A stretch of DNA of 64,000 bases from Candidatus Aenigmatarchaeota archaeon. Lineage in GTDB: Archaea; Aenigmatarchaeota; Aenigmatarchaeia; QMZP01; QMZT01. The notes beneath the pieces are model-generated. The model was given only the letters and a program-made list of their open reading frames with translations, was not told the DNA's origin and did not search any database. Position 1 is the stretch's first letter. Every line of letters begins with the position of its first letter. The stretch lies in contig CAVSBQ010000002.1 in NCBI GenBank assembly GCA_963726265.1, positions 416,001 to 480,000 on the forward strand, given 5' to 3'. The position numbers and the translations under genes were made by a program. Shown in pieces: positions 28,149-38,979 of this stretch.

Positions 28149-30329
28149 ATGGCAACCAAAGACGTGACCTTGGTCATCAAGGAACTGATGAGAAAGCCGG
28201 AGCAGATACGCAACATTGGCATCGTTGCCCACATAGACCACGGCAAGACTACGTTCTCCGATAATCTTCTCGCCGGAGCGGGCATGATCTCGCAGGACCT
28301 GGCCGGAAAGCAACTCGCGATGGACTTCGACGAGCAGGAGCAGGAACGCGGCATCACCATATTCGCCGCGAACGTGAGCATGGTCCACGAGATTGGCAAT
28401 CAGAACTACCTGATCAACCTCATAGACACGCCGGGTCACGTCGACTTCGGCGGCGACGTAACGAGGGCGATGCGCGCTGTGGACGGAGTCGTAATACTCA
28501 TAGACGCGGTCGAGGCAGTCATGCCCCAGACCGAAACGGTCATACGCCAGGCGCTTAAGGAGCGCGTAAAACCCGTCCTTTTCATAAACAAGGTCGACCG
28601 CCTCATAAAAGAACTGAAACTCACGCCGGAGGAGATGCAGGAGAGGTTCAAAAAAATCATAACCGACGTGAACATCCTCATGCAAAAATATGCGGAAAGG
28701 GAATTCGCGGAAAGGTGCATTGTCAGCGTCAACGACGGCAGCGTGGCCTTCGGCTCGGCGGTCAAGAACTGGGCGATTTCTGTTTCTTACATGATGAAGA
28801 GCAAGCTGACCTTCAAGGATATCATAGACTACACGAACATGGGCGAGCAGGGCGAGAAAGAGCTCGCGAAACGCGCGCCGCTCCACACCATAGTCCTTGA
28901 CATGATAATAAAGCACCTGCCGAACCCGCTTGTTGCCCAGAAATACCGCATTGCAAAGATATGGCCGGGCGATAAGGATTCGGAGGTCGCCAGAGACATG
29001 GCTTCATGCAACCCGAACGGAAAGCTTGCTGCGGTCGTTACGAAGCTTTACCCTGACCCGCACGCCGGCTACGTCGCAACTGTCCGCATATTCTCAGGCA
29101 AGATGAAAACCGGCCAGGAGGTTTATCTGGTAGGGACCGGCAAGAGCCAGAAAATACAGCAGGTGTCCGTTTACAAGGGGGCGCAAAGGGTGACGATGGA
29201 AGAAGTCGATGCCGGCAACATCGTAGGCATAGTCGGCCTTAAGGAATCTTACTCCGGCGAGACCTTATGCGACCCGGATAACATCATCCCCGGCTTCGAG
29301 TCCATAACCCACATTTTCGAGCCTGTCGTGGTCAAGGCGATAGAGCCGAAGAAGCCGCAGCAGCTCGCGAAGCTTATAGACTTCCTCAGAAAGGTCGGCA
29401 AGGAAGATCCTACCCTGAGGATAAAGATAAACGAGGAGACGGGGGAATATCTCGTTTCAGGTCTCGGCGAACTGCACATTGACGCGAAGATAGAGCGCCC
29501 GCTAAAGGACGCGGAAATAGAAGTCGATGTCTCGCCTCCGATTGTGATTTACAGGGAATCCGTGAGAAGCGCAAGTCCGCAGGCCGTCGAAGGCAAATCG
29601 CCGAACAAGCACAACAGGTTCTACATAATCGCCGAGCCGCTTGACCCGAAAATACACGAGGCCATGGTCAGGGGCGATATCCCGTCAACGATGGAGCTGA
29701 AGAAAAAGGAAGTGGAGCTCCAGGACAAGCTCACGAACCTCGGCTTCGACAGGGACGAAGCAAAGAAGGTGAAGCTCATACACAACCGCAACATGTTCGT
29801 TGACGCGACGCGCGGGGTGCATGCGATACTTGAAGTCATGGAAATGCTGAAGGAGTCGTTCGTCGAGGCGATGGACGAGGGGCCGCTTGCAAGGGAGCCG
29901 TGCGACGGGGTGAAAATAAAGCTGATTGACGCGAAGCTCCACGAGGACGCGATACACAGGGGCCCTGCGCAGGTCATTCCCGCCGTCCGCGCGGCCGTAA
30001 GGGACGCGATGATTGCCGCAAAGGCATTTATCCTTGAACCCAAGCAGGTGATAAGGATAGACGTCCCGACAGAACAGATGAGCGGCGCGATGAAGGAAGT
30101 CCAGAACAGGAGGGGCCAGATCCTGGAAATAAGCGAGGAACGAGGAACAACAACGATAACCGCGAAACTCCCGGTCGCTGAGATGTTCGGCTTCAACTCG
30201 GCGCTGAAATCGTCCACAGGAGGCAAGGGCTTCTACTGGCTGATAGACGTTACCTATGAGCCGATGCCAAGGGAGCTTGAACCAAGGATCGTCGGCCAGA
30301 TAAGGCAAAGGAAAGGCATAAACGAATAA
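28149..30329 (+). CDS. fusA: Elongation factor aEF-2
   Basis: AHIDHGKTT, RGITI, DTPGHVDF, NKVD; diphthamide site HEDAIHRG. Confidence 0.98.
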   Translation: MATKDVTLVIKELMRKPEQIRNIGIVAHIDHGKTTFSDNLLAGAGMISQDLAGKQLAMDFDEQEQERGITIFAANVSMVHEIGNQNYLINLIDTPGHVDFGGDVTRAMRAVDGVVILIDAVEAVMPQTETVIRQALKERVKPVLFINKVDRLIKELKLTPEEMQERFKKIITDVNILMQKYAEREFAERCIVSVNDGSVAFGSAVKNWAISVSYMMKSKLTFKDIIDYTNMGEQGEKELAKRAPLHTIVLDMIIKHLPNPLVAQKYRIAKIWPGDKDSEVARDMASCNPNGKLAAVVTKLYPDPHAGYVATVRIFSGKMKTGQEVYLVGTGKSQKIQQVSVYKGAQRVTMEEVDAGNIVGIVGLKESYSGETLCDPDNIIPGFESITHIFEPVVVKAIEPKKPQQLAKLIDFLRKVGKEDPTLRIKINEETGEYLVSGLGELHIDAKIERPLKDAEIEVDVSPPIVIYRESVRSASPQAVEGKSPNKHNRFYIIAEPLDPKIHEAMVRGDIPSTMELKKKEVELQDKLTNLGFDRDEAKKVKLIHNRNMFVDATRGVHAILEVMEMLKESFVEAMDEGPLAREPCDGVKIKLIDAKLHEDAIHRGPAQVIPAVRAAVRDAMIAAKAFILEPKQVIRIDVPTEQMSGAMKEVQNRRGQILEISEERGTTTITAKLPVAEMFGFNSALKSSTGGKGFYWLIDVTYEPMPRELEPRIVGQIRQRKGINE

Positions 30330-30436
30330 GCCACCTTTCTCCAACCATTCTTTTTTAATATATCATTTACAAAATAATCTGTATCTAGCAAGTCGACAGC
30401 TTGGATTCACAATATAAGCTGTCCTTCGCATAACAC

Positions 30437-30576
30437 GGGGTCGTGGTGTAGCTAAGCCCTTTCACGGCAGCTTTCGCTTGCACGAAAGCGCTTGCGGAAA
30501 ACGTGAACGGCTCTGCAATGGTTCAGCATTCAGGCTTCGGGAGCCTGCGACCTGAGTTCGAATCTCAGCGACCCCA
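30437..30576 (+). tRNA. tRNA-Pro(CGG) with 65-nt D-loop intron 30454-30518
   Basis: GGGGTCGTGGTGTAGCT|TGGTTCAGCATTCAGGCTTCGGGAGCCTG...; BHB: GTAG/CTGC, bulges CT^A and AA^T, inner helix AGCC/GGCT. Confidence 0.93.
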
Positions 30577-30618
30577 TAAACCCTTTTTGATTTATATTTT
30601 GCATGGAGAATAATTATT

Positions 30619-31452
30619 ATGCTTGATTATGTTTTTCTGGCCATCGGGCTTGCCGGTTTCGGCCTTGCCGCATACTGGGACCTGAGATATACTGAATTCC
30701 CTGACTGGCTCCCGTATTCGATGATAATGCTTACGATTGCAACCAAGGCTGCTGCGTCCTTTCTTGCGGATGACTGGTGGATATTGCTGAACTCATTTCT
30801 TGTCGGCACCCTCTTCCTGGGCCTCGGGCTTCTGCTCTACTTCTCAAGGCAGTGGGGTGACGGCGACGCGTGGCTTATGGGAGCCATGGGTTTCCTGCTG
30901 CCCGCCCAGATGGGCTTCGGCACACAGACCGTGCTGCCTTTCCCCATGGGCGTCCTTTTCAATTTCCTGCTGATTTCGCTTGTTTATCTGATAGCCTATT
31001 CCGTTTTTCTGGGCCTGAAAAACAGAAGCATCAACAAAAAATATGCAGATGTATTGAGGGATGAAAAATACAAGCTAATTGGCATGAGCGCGTTTTTCTT
31101 TGCCTTCTCATGGGGCTTCGCCTTCTTCATGGATTCCCTCTATTTCAGCGACGTGAACATAATGCAGATGTTTTTACTCCCCTTCCTCCTGACATTCATC
31201 CTTTTCTTCTCCTATTACGCGAAAACCGTGGAAAAGAACCTTTTCAAGAGGAAAATAAGGACTTCCGAGCTGAGGGAAGGCGACGTTATCCTGGACGGGA
31301 GATGGAAAGGCGTGACCAAAAGGGATATTGCCATGTTGAAGAGGAAAACCAAGCACGTGTGGATAAAGGAAGGCGTGAGATTCGCTCCCGTATTCGTAAT
31401 TACCATGCTGATAAGCATTTTTTACGGAGATTTGTTGTTTTTATTGGTTTAG
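30619..31452 (+). CDS. A24 prepilin/prearchaellin peptidase (FlaK/PibD-like)
   Basis: YWDLR..E.PD, WGDGD, C-terminal VWIKEGVRFAP. Confidence 0.9.
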   Translation: MLDYVFLAIGLAGFGLAAYWDLRYTEFPDWLPYSMIMLTIATKAAASFLADDWWILLNSFLVGTLFLGLGLLLYFSRQWGDGDAWLMGAMGFLLPAQMGFGTQTVLPFPMGVLFNFLLISLVYLIAYSVFLGLKNRSINKKYADVLRDEKYKLIGMSAFFFAFSWGFAFFMDSLYFSDVNIMQMFLLPFLLTFILFFSYYAKTVEKNLFKRKIRTSELREGDVILDGRWKGVTKRDIAMLKRKTKHVWIKEGVRFAPVFVITMLISIFYGDLLFLLV

Positions 31453-31687
31453 AATGCTTATTTTTTGTTTATAACGATTTTTTATGCTTTTGGAACGTTA
31501 AAAATATGTTTTTAGGTTATATGGAACGATAAGAAGTATTTTATCCATGTGTTCGTATTGTTTCGAAACCGTTTCAGACAACTTATATATACCCAGTTCG
31601 GACAACTATACATCAAGACTTCGAACCTGTCATGCCTAGCGATAGGCATTCAAAAAAGGTTTGATGTTTAAAAATAGGAGGAAAAAT

Positions 31688-34075
31688 ATGAAAATAAAGA
31701 GATTAATTGCAGGAGGTTTAGCGACACTAGCAATAGGAGCTACATTAGTTGCAGGAGGTTTAGCAGCAACGACTTTTGACAAGGGAATGGGCGAGTTCGT
31801 CACCATAAGCGGCGGTGCCCTCACGTCTCCGGTAATAGTTGTCGGAGCCGGCGTGGACACGACCGACGTTCTTGGTGCAGCGGACATAGCAGCGAGCTTG
31901 GTATCAAACTACGCTGTGACAGCAAAGACCGTCCCTTCGGCAGGAGCAGCAACAGGAGTTACCAACGGAGTATTGGTTGACAGCAGCCTTAACAGGACAT
32001 ACATGGCAGCCAAACTGGGCCTTGTGAAGAGCGTCATAACGGAAACCGACATGCCGGAACTTCTGGTGACAGGAACATTCACGGACATGAACGCCACGAC
32101 ATCGACATACACACAGAAAATCGCTCTTAATGGCGGTACAACTGGCGCGTCAGCAACATTCGGCATCCCAAGCGGCGAGACAGAGCCATTCCTGTACGTA
32201 CCGGTGACAACGTCAACGACACCATACAACCTTACGATAACGTTCATCGGTGGCCTTGACCCGACAGCAGTGGACTCGACATACGGCATGAAACTGTTCG
32301 GCAAGGACTACACGTTCGGCAACACGCACAACAACCTAACGCTTGAGCTCTATTCGTCTGCAGGAGCGCAGGTTCTGGATCTTAGCGGCGCAGGAGACGA
32401 AAAAACAGTGACAGTAGGCAGCCAGTCATTCACGATAAAGCTGAATGGTTGGAACAGCGGCGGAACGACAGCGTACCTGTCAGTCAACGGCGTATCATAC
32501 ACGTGGAACGAGGCCGGAACATACACAGTCAGCGGCACCAAGTTCTATGTGCAGTCCGTCGATGTCATATACACAGGCGCGCAGGAAGCGACAGGCATGG
32601 TGAAGCTTTTCGTCGGAACGGACAAGCTCTACCTGTCTAACGGCAACCAGATACAGAAGAACGACGTTACGAAGAACAGCTACGTCTACTTCAGTTCGCC
32701 ATCGGCAGCCAAGATAAACTCGATAACATTCCAGGTTTTCCCGGATGACGACGTCAACGTGAAGGAAGGCACAGCGTTCACAGATCCAGTCTTCGGTTCG
32801 TTCAAGACCGTGATCGGAGGTATGACACCAGGAGTAACGGATACTTCCAGGGATCTGATAAAGATAGCGTCGGACAACACGAACACGAAACTGTCGTTCA
32901 AGAACTACGATGGCATGCAGTACACCAACATACCGTTCGCCTACTTTAACAGCACGAACTCGTATGCGCAGATAAGCAACGTAAACGCTTTCCGCACCCA
33001 GGAATGCAACGTGTCTGCAGGAACATACAACATAACGAAGGGCGATTACTTCGTCCTTACGAGCGGCGACTACTCTTACATCCTGAAGTACACCAACTAC
33101 AACTACGACACGGCAGATTCGACGAAGACCTACGTAACCCTTACCGACCTTGCAACCAGCGGTAACTACAAGATATACCCGAACGCTGGCGAAAGGTTGA
33201 CGATCGGTTCGCAGGAATTCGGGGTCCAGTGGAACGGCAACACGCTGAAGACGATCTGTGTGAGCTTTGACGCAGGCACGACATACAACGGAGCAATAGT
33301 GAACATAACGACAGGCGGCAGGGCGCAGATGTCGTTTAATAAGGGAACCGGTGGCAACGGAGCAGTATCGTATGCAAACGTGACATACGTATCTGAAGTG
33401 CCACTATACACACTCTCAGGTTCCAACGAGGCGACAAACGCCTACTCGACGACCTACACAGTGACGGGAAGCTACAGTTCAACGACCGGCGTAAGGCTAA
33501 CAAACAGCCCAACGCCAGACCAGGTCGGCAGCAACAACGAGTGGAAAGACGTTCTACCCTACGGCACCTATGTATACATGACAGGTGACACGAATGGTGC
33601 AAACAGTCTGTCATTATACAGCGCAGGCAAAAGACCGGCACCGGTCAACATTGCCATGGGTACGAACCCAGTGATATCAACGACGGCAGGAGCTGCAGGC
33701 GGAACCTACAACGAGGCTGTTCCGGTAACGAACCCGATAGCCAAGTTCCCAAGCGAGGTAACGCAGACCGCTTCGCTCGACAAGGACCTCATCTTAGTTG
33801 GTGGTCCATGCGCGAACGCGCTTGTGAAGACTTTGCTTGACACGGCTTGGACTTCAACGGACTCTTGCGCAGCTTGGCTGGCAGATGCAGACCTGAAAGA
33901 CAACGGAAAGGGTCTCATCCAGGTGGTCGAAGACATCTTCGGCTCGGGCAAGAAGGCGTTGATAGTAGCGGGTACGAGCGCCCAGGACACCAGGAACCTG
34001 ATAGCCAACAAGGTTATCAAGCCAACTGAGTTCAAGGGACTCGGAGCAGTTGCACAATACAAGGGAGCCGCGTAA
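31688..34075 (+). CDS. S-layer protein
   Basis: Signal peptide, IVVGAG..DVLGAADIA N-terminal domain and LILVGGPCAN...ALIVAG C-terminal domain; Thr/Gly-rich with many NxS/T; strong RBS. Confidence 0.92.
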   Translation: MKIKRLIAGGLATLAIGATLVAGGLAATTFDKGMGEFVTISGGALTSPVIVVGAGVDTTDVLGAADIAASLVSNYAVTAKTVPSAGAATGVTNGVLVDSSLNRTYMAAKLGLVKSVITETDMPELLVTGTFTDMNATTSTYTQKIALNGGTTGASATFGIPSGETEPFLYVPVTTSTTPYNLTITFIGGLDPTAVDSTYGMKLFGKDYTFGNTHNNLTLELYSSAGAQVLDLSGAGDEKTVTVGSQSFTIKLNGWNSGGTTAYLSVNGVSYTWNEAGTYTVSGTKFYVQSVDVIYTGAQEATGMVKLFVGTDKLYLSNGNQIQKNDVTKNSYVYFSSPSAAKINSITFQVFPDDDVNVKEGTAFTDPVFGSFKTVIGGMTPGVTDTSRDLIKIASDNTNTKLSFKNYDGMQYTNIPFAYFNSTNSYAQISNVNAFRTQECNVSAGTYNITKGDYFVLTSGDYSYILKYTNYNYDTADSTKTYVTLTDLATSGNYKIYPNAGERLTIGSQEFGVQWNGNTLKTICVSFDAGTTYNGAIVNITTGGRAQMSFNKGTGGNGAVSYANVTYVSEVPLYTLSGSNEATNAYSTTYTVTGSYSSTTGVRLTNSPTPDQVGSNNEWKDVLPYGTYVYMTGDTNGANSLSLYSAGKRPAPVNIAMGTNPVISTTAGAAGGTYNEAVPVTNPIAKFPSEVTQTASLDKDLILVGGPCANALVKTLLDTAWTSTDSCAAWLADADLKDNGKGLIQVVEDIFGSGKKALIVAGTSAQDTRNLIANKVIKPTEFKGLGAVAQYKGAA

Positions 34076-34094
34076 GTCAAACAACCTAAAAATT

Positions 34095-34130
34095 GGGGTC
34101 TAAAAAACCCCTCCCCTTCTTTTTTATTTT
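34095..34130 (+). terminator. Probable terminator after S-layer gene
   Basis: GGGGT...ACCCC hairpin followed by T-rich tract. Confidence 0.5.
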
Positions 34131-34193
34131 AATGCTGCAGACGTGAGAATAGAAAAGTGATTCGGCAGTTTCGCTTCCGTTTCTGATAACTGC

Positions 34194-35588
34194 TCATGTT
34201 CTGACCCTGTATATCACGGCCGCATTCTCGTCGCCCCACTGCAGAAAACTTTTAACCCGGTCGAACTCGTCTCTGTTTTCGAAATAATGCTGCGTATAGG
34301 TGGGATTCTTTGGCTCGAACTTGTAGAGCAGGACGTATTTTATGCCGTTTTCCCTGACGTATCCTGGCACGTCGCTCTCGTTCTTGGGAAACACGAACGC
34401 CCTTCTGCCGGAAAGATAATACACGTAGGGGTAGGATTCGGACATTACGGCGTCATTTTCGCTGGTTATGCTATTCAAAAAAAGCGATGTCTCGACCAGG
34501 CCGCTGGACGAATCCCTGTCCTTCCATGCAATAGCGAAGCCGCTGAGGGCGCAATAGAGACACACTATCAAAGCAGCTGCACGCATATATCCTGCATATC
34601 TGGATTCATGCTTGAGCGCAAAGCCTGCGAAAATGGCGTATATGGCAAGATATGACAGCAGATACCTAGGTTCGGCATACGGCATCAGCAGGACGAAGGC
34701 CAGAGGCAGAATGAAGAGCGCGAACAATAAAATGTTCCTGGCTTCGTTTTTCTTTGCCCTAGCGGCGAAAAAGCAAAGGCCGGCCAGCATGAAAACGGCC
34801 TGGAAACCAAGAATTTCCGCCGTGCCCGAAAGGTTGCCGAGGAAATTGTAGGCAGGCAGCTCCTCCGCATAAACCGCGAAATTCGTGAGATAAGAGCCGA
34901 GGAAATTGCCGTAATAAAAATGGCTCGCGGCCAGCCAGGGCGAAAGGGCGAGTAAAAGGCCGGAAATATAAACCATCGTCTTTTTAGCAATGTCCGTTTT
35001 TTCCTTGCCCTTCTTTTCTTTGCTTTTCAGGAACAGGAAAAGGAAATAAAGCATGCATGCAGCTATCAGAAGCGTCCCCAGATATCGTGTAAGCAGCGTC
35101 AGCCCTGCAAGCGCGCCCGCGACGAAAAAATTAGCCCGTTTCTTCTGGCTTTTTGTGAGGAAAAGCAAGGAAAGGCAAAACAGAGCGATAAACAGCGGTT
35201 CGCTCAGGGCCTTTATGCTGAAAAAGACGAACAGCTGGTTTGCCGAAACGAACAGCGAGGCCCACAAGGCGGCGTCCTTTCCGAGAAGCTGCCTGCATAG
35301 CAGATAGACTGTGTACACAGAAAATATTGAAACCAGCGCGACAAACAGCCGCGCAAGCATCACATCATTGGAAAACGGGGAAACCAAAAGAGGAAGGAGC
35401 GGGGGCCTGAACGTTTCAAGCGCTTTCGCCTGGTCCAGGGAATAGTAACCTTTCTGGACGTTTCTGCCCAGCTGGAGATAAACGGCCTCGTCCCACCACA
35501 TGCCCTCGTTTATGAATATGAAGTAGAATTTGGCCGCGAGGGAAAACAGAATCAGAACGATTATAGCGTATTTAAAATATTTCTCCAT
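34194..35588 (-). CDS. GT-C glycosyltransferase (ArnT/PMT, GT39/83-like)
   Basis: WWDEAVY, RPPLLP, many TMs. Confidence 0.88.
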   Translation of the reverse strand: MEKYFKYAIIVLILFSLAAKFYFIFINEGMWWDEAVYLQLGRNVQKGYYSLDQAKALETFRPPLLPLLVSPFSNDVMLARLFVALVSIFSVYTVYLLCRQLLGKDAALWASLFVSANQLFVFFSIKALSEPLFIALFCLSLLFLTKSQKKRANFFVAGALAGLTLLTRYLGTLLIAACMLYFLFLFLKSKEKKGKEKTDIAKKTMVYISGLLLALSPWLAASHFYYGNFLGSYLTNFAVYAEELPAYNFLGNLSGTAEILGFQAVFMLAGLCFFAARAKKNEARNILLFALFILPLAFVLLMPYAEPRYLLSYLAIYAIFAGFALKHESRYAGYMRAAALIVCLYCALSGFAIAWKDRDSSSGLVETSLFLNSITSENDAVMSESYPYVYYLSGRRAFVFPKNESDVPGYVRENGIKYVLLYKFEPKNPTYTQHYFENRDEFDRVKSFLQWGDENAAVIYRVRT

Positions 35589-35626
35589 ATTTATTAGAAT
35601 CGTTTCAAATATTAATTACGATTCGC

Positions 35627-36880
35627 ATGTCCGTGGAATTCTGGTCGATGGCGGTTAACTATGCAGCCTGGTATGTTTTCGTATTCATAGCTGTCATGTG
35701 GATGCTCGTCCTTTTCACCAACGGCGACAGGTTCTCCGAGAGAAGGGAAAAAAGGCCCAAAAGGCTTCCGTCGGTCTCGGTCCTCATACCCGCGCATAAC
35801 GAGGAAAAAAACATAGCAATGACCCTGAAATCCGTGCTTGCCCTGGATTATCCGAAAAGTCTCCTGGAGGTTATGGTGATAGACGACGCCTCGACCGACA
35901 GGACAAAGGAAGTTGTAAGAAGCTTCGACGGCGTCAAACTGTTGCGCAACAAAAGGAACATGGGCAAGGCGCATTCCCTCAACAGGGCAATAAAGCTTGC
36001 GAGGGGAGAAATAATAGCGTGCATAGACGCCGATTCGACAGTCGACGGCAAAATACTCATTAAAATGGTAGGGTATTTCGAGGAGCCTGAAGTCGCGTCC
36101 GTGACGCCCGCGCTAAAGGTGCTGAAACCGAGAAAATTTCTTGAGAAAATCCAGGCCACCGAATATCTCCTCAACATATTCCTGAGGAAATCGCTTGACA
36201 TAATCGATTCGATTCATGTTACCCCGGGAGTTTTCTCCGTCTACAGGAAAAGCGTCCTTGTCGAAGTCGGCGGCTTCGACGAAAAAAACCTGACCGAGGA
36301 CATGGAAATCGCGCTGAGGCTGCACGACGCTGGCTACAAAATAAAGAACAGGCTGGATGCCGTGTCCTATACTATATGCCCTTCCAGCCTCCGCTCGCTG
36401 TTCAAGCAGCGCCTGAGGTGGTACAGGGGCGCCCTGCAGAACACTGCGAAATACAGGCACATGCTTTTCAGGCCGAAATACGGCAACCTCGGCATGTTCC
36501 TCCTGCCTTTCAACTTCATCTCCATACTGGCCGTGATAACGCTGTTCATGTTCCTTTTTTGGAACGTGGTGGACACCTCATGGAAGCTGTTAAGGCAGCT
36601 TTACCTCATAGACTGGAACTTCCTCGTGTTTTTGAAGAGCCTGGAAATCGATTTACAGACGCTGTTCATAAACACCATCACCACGCCGATGATATTCATG
36701 TTTATGGGCCTGCTGCTCGGGGGCTACCTGCTCCTGAAAAGCTTCAGTATAACGCACGAGAAGTTCCGTTTAAACAAGCTCGGCTATTTCACATACCTCG
36801 TGATATACCCAGTCATAATGATGTCCTTCTGGTTCACGGCCATGGTTTTCGAGATACTGAGGATTAAAAGAAAGTGGTGA
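35627..36880 (+). CDS. Membrane GT2 glycosyltransferase (processive type)
   Basis: IPAHNEE, DDASTD, DAD, TED, QRLRW. Confidence 0.93.
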   Translation: MSVEFWSMAVNYAAWYVFVFIAVMWMLVLFTNGDRFSERREKRPKRLPSVSVLIPAHNEEKNIAMTLKSVLALDYPKSLLEVMVIDDASTDRTKEVVRSFDGVKLLRNKRNMGKAHSLNRAIKLARGEIIACIDADSTVDGKILIKMVGYFEEPEVASVTPALKVLKPRKFLEKIQATEYLLNIFLRKSLDIIDSIHVTPGVFSVYRKSVLVEVGGFDEKNLTEDMEIALRLHDAGYKIKNRLDAVSYTICPSSLRSLFKQRLRWYRGALQNTAKYRHMLFRPKYGNLGMFLLPFNFISILAVITLFMFLFWNVVDTSWKLLRQLYLIDWNFLVFLKSLEIDLQTLFINTITTPMIFMFMGLLLGGYLLLKSFSITHEKFRLNKLGYFTYLVIYPVIMMSFWFTAMVFEILRIKRKW

Positions 36881-36883
36881 ATT

Positions 36884-37552
36884 ATGAAAAAAAAGCAGCT
36901 TAACAGCGGGACCATAATATCAGCCGTGATAATATCGGCCATACTTTTCATTTCCGGGATTTATGTGGGATATTCGATAAACAGGGAGAAGCTTTCTTCG
37001 ATAGAAACGACGATGAAAAAAATAACCTCGGACGTCCAGAACTTCCAGCTGGAATTCCTTTTCCTTGACATCCTCGGAGAAAACGCGACCTGCCCCCTGC
37101 TTTCCGGGACGCTTTCGGAAATAAACCAGGAAAGCTATGACATAGGCACGAGGCTTTCATCATACGGCAAGGAGGGGGAAATACAGGATTACAACGAATA
37201 CCTGAGCACGAAGAGGGAGTATTCGAGGCTGCTCATAGGCTACTGGCTGCTCGCAAACAAGCTCAAGAAATCGTGCAGGCTCGAGGCCAACACCGTGGTT
37301 TACTTTTATTCAAAGGAATGCGAGAAATGCGACGACCAGGGCTTCATCCTTACGTATTTCAAGAAGGACCTGGGCGAGAAGCTCATGGTTTTCACGCTTG
37401 ACGGCGAACTTGACGAGCCATCCATACAGGTCTTAAAAAGGAACTACAACATAACCTCCTACCCGCACCTGATAGTCAACGGCGAAAGCTACAGCGGCTT
37501 CCTGTCAAAAAGCGAACTGGAAAATTTGTTCAACGTCAATCAAATGGCGTAA
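36884..37552 (+). CDS. Membrane-anchored protein with thioredoxin-like C-terminus
   Basis: N-terminal TM, YFYSKECEKC, YPHLIVNG. Confidence 0.7.
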   Translation: MKKKQLNSGTIISAVIISAILFISGIYVGYSINREKLSSIETTMKKITSDVQNFQLEFLFLDILGENATCPLLSGTLSEINQESYDIGTRLSSYGKEGEIQDYNEYLSTKREYSRLLIGYWLLANKLKKSCRLEANTVVYFYSKECEKCDDQGFILTYFKKDLGEKLMVFTLDGELDEPSIQVLKRNYNITSYPHLIVNGESYSGFLSKSELENLFNVNQMA

Positions 37553-38979
37553 ACGAACCATCCGTCTCCGGAATGGACCACGTCGAGGTCTGCCTCCTCC
37601 TTTGTTATGACGTATTTTAATCCGGCATTGCGCGCAAGGGCGGACACGTCCTCATTGTTCCTGAGTTTTTCCTTTATCATCCCGTTTATTTGCTGCTGTT
37701 CAACGTAATTTTCTGAAAATCTTTCCAGATATGAAATTTCAGGCTCGAGCGGTATTTTGTGCGAGAGCGCCCCAAACCAGGCAGGAGCGGAATCGACATA
37801 GATTCTGGCCTCTGTTTTATCGTATTCCCCAAGCCATAAAGCGGTTGCGTAAAGCGATGGTTCAGGAGAAATTCCAGGATCGGCCCAGAAATTCTTTGCA
37901 TGATAAAAATGGTATATCTGGGATGATGACATGATTATGATGAAAGCTGCGACTGCCAGAAATCCGTATTTTGGGCTGCATTTTCTTAAACGCTTGGCTA
38001 TTTCAAGAATTCCTATAGGGGCCAATATCAGGGAAGGCACTGCCATTACGTCGAAAACTTTCAGCTGGGTGTAAGGCAAGTGGAAAACGGAAAACAAAAA
38101 TGCAGCCACGAAAAATGAACGCAGGAATTTGTCTTCTGTTTTTGCCAAGCCGACGAAACAAAGCAGCAGTACTATCGGGGTGAAATAGTTGAAGTCAAAA
38201 AGGTATTTTGCCAGCGTATCCGCAGGCCAGAACCAGAAAGCGGGCTGATATTCGTTGTAAACGGTATTCTGCCACGCACCTGAATACACGTTGAAAAATA
38301 TCTGCATGTATTTCGTAATCCACGGGAGAGAGACCGCGAAAGGCAGCGGTATCAACAGGGAGTTTTTAAGTTTCCTGAATGAAATTGGCAGAACGAAATA
38401 AAGGTAAACCATGAATGAGATTACCGCAATGAACGGGTGCGAAAGGATGGCGAGGCCGACGGCTATGCCCGAATATGCATACTTCCCTTTTTTAAGGAAG
38501 TATATCTCCATGATGAGCAGCTCCATCGCCATGAGCTGCGGGAATTCCCCGAAAATGAAGACGTTGGACAGGAACGGAAGGGACAGGGACATGAAAGCGG
38601 AAAGCATCGCCGTTTTTCTCCCGTAAACCGAGCCTAAAATATAGGCTGCAACGGGCAGCAAGGCCCATAAAATTATGCCGATTACCCTCACGGAATCGAT
38701 GGCTGGCACACCCAATAAATTTAACACAAGAGCGAAAAAATGGAAAAGTGGCGGATACGTGAAATCATTGGCTGCATATGGCTCCCATGTATTAGGATAG
38801 CCCTGATGCTGCATCACATTAATTATCTCGCTGTGTATTGCCGGGTCGTTTGTTATAGACACGGGGTAATGGGCATATGTCCCTGAAAGCAGCGAAATCA
38901 AAAACAAGGGGATAATAACAATAAGATCCGCTCTTCTCTTTTTTATAGAATTCTTGATCAAAGATATCATATTATTCAT
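37540..38979 (-). CDS. GT-C-like polytopic membrane protein
   Basis: NDPAIH, YPPLFH, many TMs. Confidence 0.7.
   Translation of the reverse strand: MNNMISLIKNSIKKRRADLIVIIPLFLISLLSGTYAHYPVSITNDPAIHSEIINVMQHQGYPNTWEPYAANDFTYPPLFHFFALVLNLLGVPAIDSVRVIGIILWALLPVAAYILGSVYGRKTAMLSAFMSLSLPFLSNVFIFGEFPQLMAMELLIMEIYFLKKGKYAYSGIAVGLAILSHPFIAVISFMVYLYFVLPISFRKLKNSLLIPLPFAVSLPWITKYMQIFFNVYSGAWQNTVYNEYQPAFWFWPADTLAKYLFDFNYFTPIVLLLCFVGLAKTEDKFLRSFFVAAFLFSVFHLPYTQLKVFDVMAVPSLILAPIGILEIAKRLRKCSPKYGFLAVAAFIIIMSSSQIYHFYHAKNFWADPGISPEPSLYATALWLGEYDKTEARIYVDSAPAWFGALSHKIPLEPEISYLERFSENYVEQQQINGMIKEKLRNNEDVSALARNAGLKYVITKEEADLDVVHSGDGWFVYAI

Noticed and set aside
17776..30344. Long antisense or alternate-frame ORFs (e.g. 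17776-18798, 25160-25675, 27849-28916)
   Set aside because: Shadows of conserved genes with GC-rich third positions
30385..30430. Hairpin in the tRNA-Pro leader as a split or permuted tRNA piece
   Set aside because: The tRNA is complete without it and no clear BHB forms
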